64,000 bases of DNA from an uncultured Planctomycetota bacterium (GTDB lineage Bacteria > Planctomycetota > PLA2 > JAEUHO01): assembly GCA_963752285.1 (NCBI GenBank), contig CAVVXN010000005.1:1056001-1120000 (forward strand). The letters run 5' to 3'. Positions 1 to 10,480 of the stretch are shown piece by piece. Each line of letters begins with the position of its first letter. Position 1 is the stretch's first letter. The position numbers were made by a program, and so were the translations under genes. Below the pieces are notes generated by a model. The model worked only from the letters and a program-made list of their open reading frames with translations. It did not search any database and was not told where the DNA came from.

Positions 1-66
1 CGCTGGCTGGCGCTCGCGGCCGCGGCGATCGGCGCCGCGTCCCTCTTCCTCGTGTGGCGCGCCTAG
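1..66 (+). CDS. 3' end of a membrane protein (partial, runs in from the window edge)
   Basis: Frame 1 reads RWLALAAAAIGAASLFLVWRA then TAG at 64-66; hydrophobic helix. Confidence 0.5.
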   Translation, partial: RWLALAAAAIGAASLFLVWRA

Positions 67-170
67 CGCCCCGGTGTCCGAGGACACCGGTCACGCCGGC
101 CACGTGGGGGTGCGGCGGGCGTCCGGACGGACGTCCCGCGACCGCGAGACGGGTCCGTTGACGGGGGACG

Positions 171-536
171 TCACGCGCCCGGCGGCGGGCCAGGGGACTC
201 TTCGACGGCCGTTCGCGCCCGAGCGGCGTCGGCGGCGGCACCCTCGCCGGCCCGTTCCGCGCGGCGCTCGCGCCACGAACCCATCGTCCGCCAGAGGCGC
301 TGCCACCGGCCGAGGAGGCCGGGCATCGTGCGGCGCGTGAACATCACGAAGCCCACCGCACCGACCAACAGGCACATCGACACGACGAGGACCCCGTCCA
401 CGGCCTCGCGCGGGACGCCGTGCGCCTCGAGCACGTTCCCGAGGACGCCCAGCAGGACACAGGCCAGGACGACCGGCACCGCGAACGCACAGGCGTGGCC
501 GTATCGCCGCTTGAGGAACGAGGAGAAGCGCTCCAT
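171..536 (-). CDS. small hypothetical membrane protein (2 TM helices)
   Basis: C-terminal part of ORF 171..2195: MERFSSFLKRRYGHACAFAVPVVLACVLLGVLG...VLVVSMCLLVGAVGFVMF; ATG at 536. Confidence 0.55.
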   Translation of the reverse strand: MERFSSFLKRRYGHACAFAVPVVLACVLLGVLGNVLEAHGVPREAVDGVLVVSMCLLVGAVGFVMFTRRTMPGLLGRWQRLWRTMGSWRERRAERAGEGAAADAARARTAVEESPGPPPGA

Positions 537-892
537 CGGGGAGCCCTTGTAGCCCCGCCCCGCGAACCGGGCCAGGCCGAGCCGCGGGCGCGCGTCCCCT
601 CGGCTGGGGCGCGCCGGCAGGGCGGTGCAGCAGCCCCTGGTTCCGAGGCGCGACTCCTGTCGCCCCGGTCGCACGACCTGCGAGCCCCGTCTCGGGGACG
701 TCGCTCCCACGCGCCCCGCTTCTCGCGCGGCCGCCGCGCCGGTCGCCACGTGGCCCGTGCGCAGCTCCGCCCGACCCTCCTCGGGCTCGGCCTCGTCCAC
801 GCCGGGCTCGACCGTGCGCGACGCGACCGGTGGTGTCGCCGCTCGGCGCGGTGACCGAGGTCCGAGTGCGGGACCCGGACTCCCGCCCGCCG

Positions 893-3601
893 TCAGCCCA
901 GCGCCTTCCGCACGCGGTCGAGGAGCGCGCGGGAGGTGAACGGCTTCTGGAGCAGGAGGATCTTCGCGGCGAGGACGCCCTTGTGCGAGATGACGTCGTC
1001 CGTGTAGCCCGACATGTAGAGCACGGAGAGCCCGGGGCGCTCCGCGGTGAGCGTCGTAGCCAGGTCCCGGCCGTTCATGCCGGGCATCACGACGTCCGTG
1101 ACGAGGAGGTCGATGCGCTCGGGACGACCGCGGCTGATCTGGAGCGCGTCCTGGGGTCCCGACGCGGAGAGCACCTCGTAGCCCTGGTCCACGAGGATCT
1201 CCCGTGCGAGCTCCCGAAGCGACGCCTCGTCTTCGACGAGCAGGATCACCTCGGATCCGCGCCCGGCCGGCGACGTGGGGGGCGCCGCGGCGGGCTCGGC
1301 GATCTCGTCCACCCGCGGGAGGTACACCTTGAACGTCGTGCCCTGCCCGACCTCGCTGTAGACCCAGACGAAGCCGCCCGCCTGTTTCACGATGCCGTAG
1401 ACGATCGCGAGACCGAGCCCGGTGCCCCGACCGGGCTCCTTCGTGGTGAAGAAGGGCTCGAAGATGCGCGCCATCGTCTCGTCGTCGATGCCCGAGCCCG
1501 TGTCGCTCACGGCCATCATCACGTACCGGCCGGGCTCCATCGGGGTGTGTTGCGCGGCGGCGTGCTCGTCGATCTCCGCGTTCGCGGTCTCGATGCGCAA
1601 GAGGCCGCCGCCCGGCATGGCGTCCCGGGCGTTGACGCAGAGGTTCATCACGACCTGTTGGACCTGGCCCGGGTCCGCCTTGACCTGGCCCAGGTCGCTT
1701 CCGGGGACCAGCCCGAGATCGACGTCCTCGCCGAGCAGACGCCGGAGCATCTCCTCCACGTCCTGGAGCACCAGGTTCAGGTCCAGCACCTTCGGCTCGA
1801 TGGCCTGCTTCCGGCTCACGGCGAGGAGCTGGCGCGTGAGGTTCGCCCCGCGCTGCGCGGCCCGGTGGACCTGCTCGAGCTTGCGGCGGTCTCCCGCGCT
1901 CGACTCGCGCATGAGGATCTCGGTGTAGCCGAGGATCACGCCGAGCAGGTTGTTGAAGTCGTGCGCGACCCCTCCGGCGAGGCGGCCGACGGCCTCCAGC
2001 TTCTGCGACTGGAACAGCCGCTCCTCGAGGCGCGTCTCGTGGGTGACGTCGCGCTTCACCGCCACGTAGTTCACCACGCGCCCGGCCGCGTCGCGAACGG
2101 GCGAGATCGTCGCGACCTCCTCGACGAGCGCGCCGTCCTTCCTCCGATTCGTGATGCGCCCCCGCCAGACCTCGCCGCGAGCGAGGGCGGCCCACATCCG
2201 CCCGTAGAAGGCGGGATCCTGGCGCCCGCTCTTCAGGATGCGCGGGTTCTGCCCCAGCGCCTCCTCGCGGCTGTACCCGGTCGAGCTCTCGAACGCCGGG
2301 TTCACGTAGACGATCGTGCCCTCGGCGTCGGTGATGACGATCGCCTCGGCCGACTGCTCGACGGCCGTGGACAGCCGGGCCAGCGACGCCTGCGCGCCCT
2401 TCCGGGCGCTGACGTCACGGATGTTGAACTGGACGACGCGCCCCTGACTCGACTCGTACACGTTGCTGACGAGCTCGACGTCCACGGTGCGGCCGTCGGT
2501 CGCACGGAGGGCCAGCTCCGCGTGCCGCAGATCCGGGCGGTCCCGGATCTCCGCGAACCGGGCCTCGTCGCCCAGGAGCGCGTCCAGGAACCCGAGCGTC
2601 CAGATCGGCCTTCCCTGGAGCGCGTCGAGCGTGGTCCCGACGAGCTCGAGCAGGGACGGGTTCGCGTCCAGGACGCGCCCGGTGTCGGCGTCGAGGAGGA
2701 GGACGCCGTCCTTCGCCGACTCGAAGAGGCGACGGTAGCGGGCCTCGGACTCCAGGCGCCTCGCCTCGGCACGCGAGCGCTCGCTGATGTCCATGTACGC
2801 GCCGAGAATTCCCGTGACGCGGCCCTCGGCGTCGTGGAGCGGCACCTTGCTCGTGAGGAGCGTGATCGTGGTTCCGTCCGGGGTCGTCTGGAGCTCCTCG
2901 ATCAGGAGCTTGGCGCGGTCTTCCTCCATGACCTCCCGGTCGTCGGCCCGGTACAGCTCCGCCTGGTCCCGCCACGCCAATTGGAAGTCGTCGCTCCCCA
3001 CCACGTCCCTCGCAGCGGGGAGCCCGGCGTCGTGCGCGAAGAGGGCGTTGCACCCGAGGTAGCGAAGGTCCAGGTCCTTCCAGAAGATCCGGACGGGCAC
3101 GGCGTCGAGGATCCCCTCGAGAACCTGCTCGGAGGTGCGGTGCCGCCGCCCCGCGGCGACGTCCGGGGGCAGCACGTCCCGCCCGTCGCCGGTGCGCGTC
3201 AAGAGGAGGGCCGCGAGCAGGAAGACCACGAGCCGCCCCACCGCCTCGAGCGAGCTCGCGTGCGGCCCGCCCGCGAGGTACGACGAGACCGCCGCGAGCC
3301 CGGCGATGGGCGCGGCGACTCGGACGCCCGCCTGCCGGGCCGCGAGGGAGACAGGGACCAGGTAGAGCAGCGCGAAGAGGCCGGGGGCGGCGATCAGACG
3401 GTCGCCGGTCCCGACGAGGGCCAGCAGCCCGAGCGCGACGGCGAGCGCCGATCCCGACGACCACCGGCCGGAATCGTCCGTCGAGGTGCCGGGACGCGCC
3501 CCCACTCCCGGCTCCGTCCCACGCGACCGCACGCCGATGCCCATCGGACTCGACTCTCCCAGGCCCCGCCGGAGCGTCCGCGACCGCTCGTCCGGCTGCA
3601 C
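893..3601 (-). CDS. membrane-bound multi-PAS hybrid sensor histidine kinase/response regulator (CckA-like)
   Basis: N-terminal TM helices, three PAS/PAC repeats, H-box GGVAHDFNNLL, N-box NARDAM, G-boxes DTGSGI and GTGLGL, C-terminal receiver (LVEDE, TDVVMP, KPF); start uncertain. Confidence 0.92.
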   Translation of the reverse strand: MQPDERSRTLRRGLGESSPMGIGVRSRGTEPGVGARPGTSTDDSGRWSSGSALAVALGLLALVGTGDRLIAAPGLFALLYLVPVSLAARQAGVRVAAPIAGLAAVSSYLAGGPHASSLEAVGRLVVFLLAALLLTRTGDGRDVLPPDVAAGRRHRTSEQVLEGILDAVPVRIFWKDLDLRYLGCNALFAHDAGLPAARDVVGSDDFQLAWRDQAELYRADDREVMEEDRAKLLIEELQTTPDGTTITLLTSKVPLHDAEGRVTGILGAYMDISERSRAEARRLESEARYRRLFESAKDGVLLLDADTGRVLDANPSLLELVGTTLDALQGRPIWTLGFLDALLGDEARFAEIRDRPDLRHAELALRATDGRTVDVELVSNVYESSQGRVVQFNIRDVSARKGAQASLARLSTAVEQSAEAIVITDAEGTIVYVNPAFESSTGYSREEALGQNPRILKSGRQDPAFYGRMWAALARGEVWRGRITNRRKDGALVEEVATISPVRDAAGRVVNYVAVKRDVTHETRLEERLFQSQKLEAVGRLAGGVAHDFNNLLGVILGYTEILMRESSAGDRRKLEQVHRAAQRGANLTRQLLAVSRKQAIEPKVLDLNLVLQDVEEMLRRLLGEDVDLGLVPGSDLGQVKADPGQVQQVVMNLCVNARDAMPGGGLLRIETANAEIDEHAAAQHTPMEPGRYVMMAVSDTGSGIDDETMARIFEPFFTTKEPGRGTGLGLAIVYGIVKQAGGFVWVYSEVGQGTTFKVYLPRVDEIAEPAAAPPTSPAGRGSEVILLVEDEASLRELAREILVDQGYEVLSASGPQDALQISRGRPERIDLLVTDVVMPGMNGRDLATTLTAERPGLSVLYMSGYTDDVISHKGVLAAKILLLQKPFTSRALLDRVRKALG

Positions 3602-3776
3602 CTTCGGCGTCCGTATGGCCCCCCCACTGTCGGTATTCGGGGCGCTTCGACGTGAGGGCCAAGATGGAACCGCCCCGGAACGGCGCGAGGGGCGCCTCGC
3701 GACCCGGACGCGCGGCGCGCGGTCCGCGCCGAGGCCCGAGTCCCGCCCCCGTCGCGGGCTGGCGGGGCGGGCTTCC

Positions 3777-4793
3777 TCAGCGCTGGAGGAGGCCGGCCAC
3801 GCCGGTCGCGTCGAGCAGCGCGTAGATCAGGCCGCCGACGACGGCCGTGCACGGGATCGTCAGGACCCACGCCCAGACGATCCGGGTCGCGACGCCCCAC
3901 CGTACGGCCTTCACGCGCTTCACGGCGCCGACGCCCATGATGGCCCCCGTGATCGAGTGCGTCGTGCTGACGGGGATGCCCGCGAGCGTCGTGCCGAGGA
4001 GCACCAACGCCCCGGAGCTCTCGGCGCAGAAGCCCTGCACCGGTCTCAGCTTCGTCAGCTTCACGCCGATCGTCCGGATCACGCGGCGCCCGCCGCTGAG
4101 CGTCCCCAGCGCGATCGCGGCGCAGGACGCCAGGATCACCCACGTCTTCACGTGGTCGTCGTACTGGTAGGCAGGGAACACCGCCGCCAGCGTCATCGTG
4201 ATGATGGCCATGGTCTTCTGGGCGTCGTTCCCCCCGTGGCCGAGACTGAACCCGGCCGACGAGAGGAGCTGTCCCCAGCGAAAGACGCGGTCCACGCGTC
4301 CGGGCGTCCAGCGGCGGAACACCCAGTACGTGGCGATCATGAACAGCCCGCCGACCGCCATGCCGATCAGCGGCGCCACGAAGATGAAGATCACGATGCT
4401 CCGGATCTTCGTGGCGTTCAGCACGGAGACGTCGAATCCGGTCTTGGCGAGGGCCGCGCCGATCATCGCGCCGATGAGCGCGTGGGAGACGCTGATCGGG
4501 AGCCCCCACCTCGTGCAGTGGTGCGTCCAGAGGATCGCCCCCAGGAGCAGCGACACGACCAGGGCTTCCGAGTTCACGTCCTTCGCGACCACGCCGAAGA
4601 TGGTCTTGGCGACGGCGGTCCCGAGCACGAAGGCGGCGACGAAGTTCCAGAACGCCGCCCAGGCGACCGCCTGCCGGAGCGTGAGGACGCGCGTGGACAC
4701 GATCGTGGCGATCGAGTTCGCGGCGTCGTTCATGCCGTTGTAGAAGTCGAAGACCAGCGCGAGGGCGATGATCCCGACGGCGACGATGAGCAT
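3777..4793 (-). CDS. pit: inorganic phosphate transporter, PiT family
   Basis: Signature motifs GMNDAANSIAT and HGGNDAQKTM, PVSTTH; multiple TM helices. Confidence 0.93.
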   Translation of the reverse strand: MLIVAVGIIALALVFDFYNGMNDAANSIATIVSTRVLTLRQAVAWAAFWNFVAAFVLGTAVAKTIFGVVAKDVNSEALVVSLLLGAILWTHHCTRWGLPISVSHALIGAMIGAALAKTGFDVSVLNATKIRSIVIFIFVAPLIGMAVGGLFMIATYWVFRRWTPGRVDRVFRWGQLLSSAGFSLGHGGNDAQKTMAIITMTLAAVFPAYQYDDHVKTWVILASCAAIALGTLSGGRRVIRTIGVKLTKLRPVQGFCAESSGALVLLGTTLAGIPVSTTHSITGAIMGVGAVKRVKAVRWGVATRIVWAWVLTIPCTAVVGGLIYALLDATGVAGLLQR

Positions 4794-4805
4794 CGAGCGC
4801 CCGCC

Positions 4806-5432
4806 CTACGCGTACTCGAGGATCACGTTCTCGAACAGGTCGGCGAGGTCTTCGCAGCGGTCGGTCGCGTCCTCCAGGGCCTCGACGATCTCCTTCCACT
4901 TGAGGACGTCCTTCGCATCGTCCACCTCGCGAAACAGCGCGCCCATCGACCGCCTGAGGATGCCGTCGGCCTCGTTCTCGAGCGTCTGGATCCGGACGAG
5001 GATCGCCCGGAGCTCGTCGGCTCGCCGCATGTCCGAGAGCAGGCCGACGGCGGCGCGCACCTCGGCCACCTGGCGCTCGAGGACGGCGGTCATGGCGAGG
5101 ATGTCCGGCCGTGGCTCGGGCAGCGCGTACACCGAGTAGCGCTGGGCGGCCGCGTCCACCAGGTCCACGACGTCGTCCATCCGCTTGAAGATCCGGTTGA
5201 TCTCGTTGCGGTCGAGGGGGGTCACGAACGACTGGTGGAGGAGTGAGATGGTCTCGTGCGCGATCCGGTCGGCCTGACTCTCGATCTCGGAGACCCGCGC
5301 GGCGTGCGCCTCGGCGTGCTCGACGTCGCCCAGGAGCACCCGGAACGCCGCCACGATCTCGACGGCCTTGTCGGCCGCCTCCGCCATGCGCTCGAAGAAC
5401 ACGTTCTTGCGGGGAAGCAGGCGCCGGAACAC
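4806..5432 (-). CDS. DUF47 / PhoU-like phosphate transport regulator
   Basis: MFRRLLPRKNVFFE...ESQADRI...SFVTPLDRNEI...LENEAD...KWKEIVEALEDATDRCED; GTG start with GGAGGT RBS; usual position upstream of pit. Confidence 0.9.
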   Translation of the reverse strand: MFRRLLPRKNVFFERMAEAADKAVEIVAAFRVLLGDVEHAEAHAARVSEIESQADRIAHETISLLHQSFVTPLDRNEINRIFKRMDDVVDLVDAAAQRYSVYALPEPRPDILAMTAVLERQVAEVRAAVGLLSDMRRADELRAILVRIQTLENEADGILRRSMGALFREVDDAKDVLKWKEIVEALEDATDRCEDLADLFENVILEYA

Positions 5433-5534
5433 TCGGACCTCCCGAGGACGCGGGCAGCCCGCGGACGCCCGGCGCCTCGCGACCCTCCCGACCCGGGCCG
5501 CATACCTAGTCGATCCGGGCGTCCCGGGCCAGCA

Positions 5535-6500
5535 ATGGCCGGCGTCGGTCGGCCGCCAGGGCGGATCGAGGGGACGGCCGCGGCCCGAGAAGGTCCCGCC
5601 CGGGCCGCGAGCGGTCACGGGACGGTCTCCGGCGCGGGGCGCGCGGCCCCTCGTGCCGGTACGCTGCGCCCCGACCCGGCCGGGTACCTCCGCCCGCGGG
5701 CGCGACCGACCCGCCGGGGGGCAAGAGCCAACGGGGGAACCCTGCGCCTCCTCTTCGTCCCCGCGGCTGCGTTCCTCCTCTCCGCATGCGGGAGCGGCCA
5801 GGGATCGGGGTGCCCGGAGCGCCTGCGGACGACCGTCGAGACCCGGGACTCGGGGAACGACGGCAGCGCCGACGCCCGGTGGACGACGACCTGGCGCTAC
5901 GACGCGGACGGCCGTCTCGTCGGGGACGACGAGACGCGGGAGGACGCGTCGGGGCCGGGCGCGTTCGTCCCCGCCGGCTCGACGAAGACGACCTGGATGT
6001 ACGACGACGCGGGCCGCGCCGCGTCGGCCGAGGTCGAGTACGACGACGCCCAGGGACCCGCGCGCCGCGTCACCCGGACGTACGCGTACGACGCGCTCGG
6101 TCGGCTGGCGCGGGTCACGGAGGAGGCGGACCTCGCGCCCTTCGACGGGAAGCCGGACCTCCGGGGAGCGGCGAGCTGCCAGTACGACCTCCTCGGCCGT
6201 CTCGAGACCGTGGTCTTCGAGGTGGACACCGATCTCGACGGCGCGACCGACGGCACCCGCACCGATCGCTACGAGTACGAGGGCGCGTCGCGCCTCCACC
6301 TCAGACGGGCGGTCACCGCAGACGACTACGAGCCGCTCGTTCCCGACGCCCTGCCCGCCGTGTACCGCGCGACGGCCACGCCCCACTACGCGCCGGACGG
6401 CGTGCGAATCGGCCAGACCACCGAGATCGACGTGGACGGGGACGGCCGGACCGACATCGCCCTCGAGGCGGTGGATGTCTACGCGCCGGTCTGTCCGTAG
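5535..6500 (+). CDS. putative lipoprotein with YD/RHS-like beta-hairpin repeats
   Basis: Lipobox-like FLLSAC-G; repeats WRYDADGRL, WMYDDAGRA, YAYDALGRL, QYDLLGRL; DxDxDG motifs; true start may be near 5740. Confidence 0.65.
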   Translation: MAGVGRPPGRIEGTAAAREGPARAASGHGTVSGAGRAAPRAGTLRPDPAGYLRPRARPTRRGARANGGTLRLLFVPAAAFLLSACGSGQGSGCPERLRTTVETRDSGNDGSADARWTTTWRYDADGRLVGDDETREDASGPGAFVPAGSTKTTWMYDDAGRAASAEVEYDDAQGPARRVTRTYAYDALGRLARVTEEADLAPFDGKPDLRGAASCQYDLLGRLETVVFEVDTDLDGATDGTRTDRYEYEGASRLHLRRAVTADDYEPLVPDALPAVYRATATPHYAPDGVRIGQTTEIDVDGDGRTDIALEAVDVYAPVCP

Positions 6501-7222
6501 CCCGATTGCGGGGTCGGCTCGGACGTTTTCCAGACGCGCGACGCGCGGTCCACGGCCGCCTCGACCACGGCCACCACCTCGTCGGGGCGTTCGAGGGGCA
6601 CGTAGTGGCCCGCGCCCGCGACCCGGTGGAAGGTCGCGTGCGGAAACGGCGCGGCGACCGACGTCCGGTCGTGCTCGCCGCTCACGACGAACACGGGCAG
6701 GTCGAGGTCGCGTGCGAGGTCGGTCCGGTCGGGTCGGCCGTGGAACACACGGACCCCGCGCACGATCGGCTCGACGCCGAGCGCGCGCGCCAGGTGCCGC
6801 GCGCGCGCCACCACGGCGGGGTCCGCACTCGGCGCGAAGAGCGGCGCCCAATAGCGCGCCCACGCGGCGTCGATCCCCTCCGACTCGAGCACCCGCACGG
6901 CCTCGTCGCGGAACCGCGGCTCGGGTCGGTGACCGGGCTTCGTGCCGATCAGGACCATCGACGCGACGCGGTCGGGCGCGAGACGCGCGACCTCGAGCGC
7001 GGTGGAGCCCCCGACGGAACATCCCACGACGACGAGCGATCCGTCGCCCGCGCAAGCGAGCGCGCCCCGGGCCCACGCTTCGATCGATCCGCCGAAGCCG
7101 TAGAGGGTTGGCGCGACCACGGCGCGGCCGGGCCTCCAGAGCGCCCGAGGCCACACGCTCGCGTCGAGCGGCAGCGGGTGCAGCAAGAGGAGGGTCGGCG
7201 GGCGGTGGCCCCGGGCGTTCAC
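6479..7222 (-). CDS. alpha/beta fold hydrolase
   Basis: LLLHPLP, nucleophile elbow GCSVGG, GEHD, GAGHYVPLERP. Confidence 0.85.
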   Translation of the reverse strand: MNARGHRPPTLLLLHPLPLDASVWPRALWRPGRAVVAPTLYGFGGSIEAWARGALACAGDGSLVVVGCSVGGSTALEVARLAPDRVASMVLIGTKPGHRPEPRFRDEAVRVLESEGIDAAWARYWAPLFAPSADPAVVARARHLARALGVEPIVRGVRVFHGRPDRTDLARDLDLPVFVVSGEHDRTSVAAPFPHATFHRVAGAGHYVPLERPDEVVAVVEAAVDRASRVWKTSEPTPQSGYGQTGA

Positions 7223-7806
7223 GCCGCCGGGGCCCCGCGCTCGAGCTGCAGGGCCACCGCGCCGGCGGACAAGAGCACCTGGAAGGCCTCGCTCACGGGA
7301 AGCGGCGTCGCCACGACGCTCTCCGGCGCCGCCAGGACGAGCCGGCCCAGGGTCGGGTTCGGCGCGCCGGGAACGAAGACGACGAGGCGAGCGGGACGGT
7401 TCGCCTCGGCGACCTCGCCCGTCACGAGCCCGAGCTCGTGGCCCCCCGCGAGCGTGGGCAGGAGCACGACGCGCTTGAAGATCGCGTCTTCGCCCTCGCC
7501 GTAGCCCAGGATCTGCTTGAGCGTCCGATAGAGCCGCCCCAGGGCGGGGAGGTTGTCGAGCAGCCGATCGACGCGCTTCCAGAACCACCGGCCCACGAAC
7601 GTCGTGACGACGAGGCCGAGGAGGTAGACGCCGACGGCCGCCGCCAGGATCCCGAGGCCGGGGAAGTACCACGCCTGGCGCGCGAGCCACGACTCGGAGA
7701 GGGTCCGCTCGGCGAGGACGAGGCCGAGCACGAGCCCCCCCACCGGCAGCACGGCCACGATCCCCGCGACCAGGCAGCGAACGACGTGCGCGGTGACGTA
7801 TTTCAT
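7219..7806 (-). CDS. DUF502 family membrane protein
   Basis: AGIVAVLPVGG, two TM helices, LPALGRLYRTLKQI, VFVPGAPNPTLG. Confidence 0.85.
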   Translation of the reverse strand: MKYVTAHVVRCLVAGIVAVLPVGGLVLGLVLAERTLSESWLARQAWYFPGLGILAAAVGVYLLGLVVTTFVGRWFWKRVDRLLDNLPALGRLYRTLKQILGYGEGEDAIFKRVVLLPTLAGGHELGLVTGEVAEANRPARLVVFVPGAPNPTLGRLVLAAPESVVATPLPVSEAFQVLLSAGAVALQLERGAPAA

Positions 7807-8150
7807 CGCTCCTCCCGGCGGGAGCCGGGCGACCGGCTCCGCGCCTGCCCGTACCATCCGGTTCGGGGTACGGACCGACGCGTTCGGCGCTCCCTCGCGA
7901 GAACGCCGCGCGGGGACCCGGGAGGCCGCGGCGGCGAGGGACACGGGCGGGCCGGCGGGGTTCGGTCCGCGAGGTACGGGAGCCGCGCGCGGGCGGCATG
8001 GACGCATCCGCCTCCTTCGACGCGGCGAACCGGCAGAGGCGCGCGTCCTCGCGCGTTCGAGCGCTCGGCGATCCACCGCGCCGCCCCCTCCCCGCCGAGG
8101 TCGGAGAGCGGGGCGAGCCCGTCGCCGTCCGGGCGGCGCCCTTCCCGGGT

Positions 8151-9158
8151 CTACGGAACGGACACGCCGAGGGTCACGGCGATCTCGCCCGCGTGCGTTC
8201 GGACCGAGACGGTCCGGGTGACCGGCGGCCCGCCCGTCCCGGCGGCGTGGAAGGCCTCGGCGTCTGCGAGTACCGCGGGCAGGGCAAAGGCGATGGCCTC
8301 CGCCGTCCAGAGCTCGGAGGCCGTGGGCGCGCGCGCGACCAGGTCCTCGTCCATCGCGGTCAACCACGGGTACGCGGCCTCGCCCGCGACCTCCCAACCG
8401 TGCTCTCCGACCTCCCTCAGGATCGCTTCGGGAACCGTGTCCCTCGGCTCGAAGTTCAGACCGAGGTGGACCGGCAGGCGCGGCTCCTCCCCTCGATCCA
8501 GCGCCGCCGCCGCGCCCAGGAAATCTTCGAAGTCGCTCGCGCTCGAAAAGAGGAGGACGCCGCGGCTCTCTCCGAGCTGGCCGATGACCGCGGCGACCGC
8601 ACCCCGGATGCCCAACGTCTCGATGTCTACCGAGAGCACGCACGGGTCCCCGGGCACCTTGTTCCAGGGTTCGCACCGGAACAGCGCCGCCGCGGCGCGG
8701 AAGAACGAAGCGCACGCGTCGGGCTCGATGTGCGGCAGGTAGTACGACGCGTCCTCGTCGTCGGAGCTCAGCAGCGCCTCGCCCAAGCGCTCGAAGACGC
8801 CGTCCATCTCCGGCAGCGGCCGACAGACGACCTCGAGTCCCGGATGGCCGGCGCGGAGCGCGTCGGCCAGCGCGTCCGAGGACACGAAGACCCGCTCCGG
8901 GACGTGCGGCGCGCCACACAGAGGCTGCTCCATCGCGCTCCGAAGGCTCTCGGAGGCCATGCCGAGCGTCTCGCCCGGTCGCGCGAGGGTGGAGCCGAGG
9001 ATCTTCCCGTCGGCGCCCACCCACAGCAACAGCTCCGGGCGATACGGCTTCCCGTCGTCGAACGTGTAGGCCGGAAGTGTGGCCATGCCCCCGCGCCAAT
9101 CGACCCGCTCGGTCCCCCGGGCCCCGCGACGGACTCCAGGTCCGCGCTTCTTCGTCAT
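8151..9158 (-). CDS. hypothetical protein
   Basis: Long ORF with protein-like composition (FFRAAAALFRCEPW, AVIGQLGESRGVLLF); ATG at 9158 with GGAGGT upstream. Confidence 0.7.
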   Translation of the reverse strand: MTKKRGPGVRRGARGTERVDWRGGMATLPAYTFDDGKPYRPELLLWVGADGKILGSTLARPGETLGMASESLRSAMEQPLCGAPHVPERVFVSSDALADALRAGHPGLEVVCRPLPEMDGVFERLGEALLSSDDEDASYYLPHIEPDACASFFRAAAALFRCEPWNKVPGDPCVLSVDIETLGIRGAVAAVIGQLGESRGVLLFSSASDFEDFLGAAAALDRGEEPRLPVHLGLNFEPRDTVPEAILREVGEHGWEVAGEAAYPWLTAMDEDLVARAPTASELWTAEAIAFALPAVLADAEAFHAAGTGGPPVTRTVSVRTHAGEIAVTLGVSVP

Positions 9159-9323
9159 GGGTTGGACCTCCTCACGGCCGCCGGGGTGGCGTGCCTCCCG
9201 GTCACGTGGGCTCGAAGTCTTCCACGGGGAGCCCCCGCTCCGCCGCCAGGGATGCTCCCGGGAGGCCAGCGCCCCGCCCCGCGCCGGTCTCGGCGCAGGG
9301 CGCACGGACCGCGGGGGAGCGCG

Positions 9324-9635
9324 TCACGGCGCCTGCGGCTTCAGCGCGTCCCGGGCGACGTACGCCGTGACCCCGTCCTGGGTCTCGACGCGGAGGTAGG
9401 AGCCGGCGTCCTCCACCACGCGCACGAGGGTTCCCGCGGCGAGGCGTCCGTCCGGCGGCCGAGCCTGCTGAGGACCGGTGACGTAGTACGCGGTCTCGAC
9501 CGTCACCGAATGCGTCGGCTGGAAGGTCGTGGGCCCGGGCCGCGCGCCGCTTTCGTCACGGTCGCCGCAGCCCACCGCGGCCAGGGCGAGTGCGATCGCG
9601 AGGACGACCCGAGGAAGCGAGGCGTCGGTGGGCAT
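9324..9635 (-). CDS. small lipoprotein with SH3-like domain
   Basis: Lipobox AAVGC; GTLVRVVEDAGSYLRVETQDGVTAYV. Confidence 0.75.
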   Translation of the reverse strand: MPTDASLPRVVLAIALALAAVGCGDRDESGARPGPTTFQPTHSVTVETAYYVTGPQQARPPDGRLAAGTLVRVVEDAGSYLRVETQDGVTAYVARDALKPQAP

Positions 9636-9789
9636 CGTTCGGTCCTCCCGGATGCGAGGGGCCCCGGTGAGCGTAGCACCCTCGACCGGCGCCCGGCCCG
9701 TGCTCGACCGGCGTCGCGGGCGCGGCGACGTGACCGGCCGCGGCCGCCCTCCGGGCCCCCGCGCCCGGTGCGGTCGCGGGCGTAGGCCC

Positions 9790-10374
9790 TCAGAAGAGGC
9801 CCGGGACGAGCCGGGAGGTATGCGATCGGTACGCCTCGTAGGCCGCGCCGAACTGGTCCACCATGAGTCGTTCCTCGGCGCGAAGCCGGTACACGACGAG
9901 CAGGGCGAAGGTGACCAGGAACGCGGGTCCGGCCACCGCGTTCGGCCCCACCAGGGCCTGGCCCACCCCGAAGAGGAGGAGCGCGGCGTACATGGGGTGC
10001 CGAACGCGCCGGTAGATCCCCTCGGTCACGAGGGCGTGCTGCTCCCGGACCTGGAGCGTGTTCGACCAGTTCGGGCCGAGATCGACGTGGGAGCGCCAGA
10101 GCAGCCACAGACCGAGGAGGTGTACCAGGATGCCCGCGCCGAACGCGGCCGGGCACAGCGGGTAGTCGAACGCGCGGAGGAACGGCGTGGACACCCAGAG
10201 CACCGGGAGGCCGAGGAGACCGACACCGACGAGCCCCACCAGCGTCGGGTCCGTCCATCCCCCGGCCACCCGGACGACCCGCACGCGCGCGGCGCGCCGG
10301 ACGTGCGGCGCGCGGAGCACGAACATCACCACCACGAACGCGAGGAGCGCGACCTTGCCGTAGACGGGGTCCAT
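9790..10374 (-). CDS. isoprenylcysteine carboxyl methyltransferase (ICMT/Ste14) family protein
   Basis: LGPNWS, LVTEGIYRRVRHPMY, EERLMVDQFGAAYEAY motifs. Confidence 0.9.
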   Translation of the reverse strand: MDPVYGKVALLAFVVVMFVLRAPHVRRAARVRVVRVAGGWTDPTLVGLVGVGLLGLPVLWVSTPFLRAFDYPLCPAAFGAGILVHLLGLWLLWRSHVDLGPNWSNTLQVREQHALVTEGIYRRVRHPMYAALLLFGVGQALVGPNAVAGPAFLVTFALLVVYRLRAEERLMVDQFGAAYEAYRSHTSRLVPGLF

Positions 10375-10480
10375 CCACAGACCATACGCCGGCGCCGGGC
10401 GGCCGTGCGGGACCGCTGGGCACGCGGCCGCGGTCCCGTCCCCACGGACGAGCGGGTCGTTCGAGCCCACGCGACGGCGC

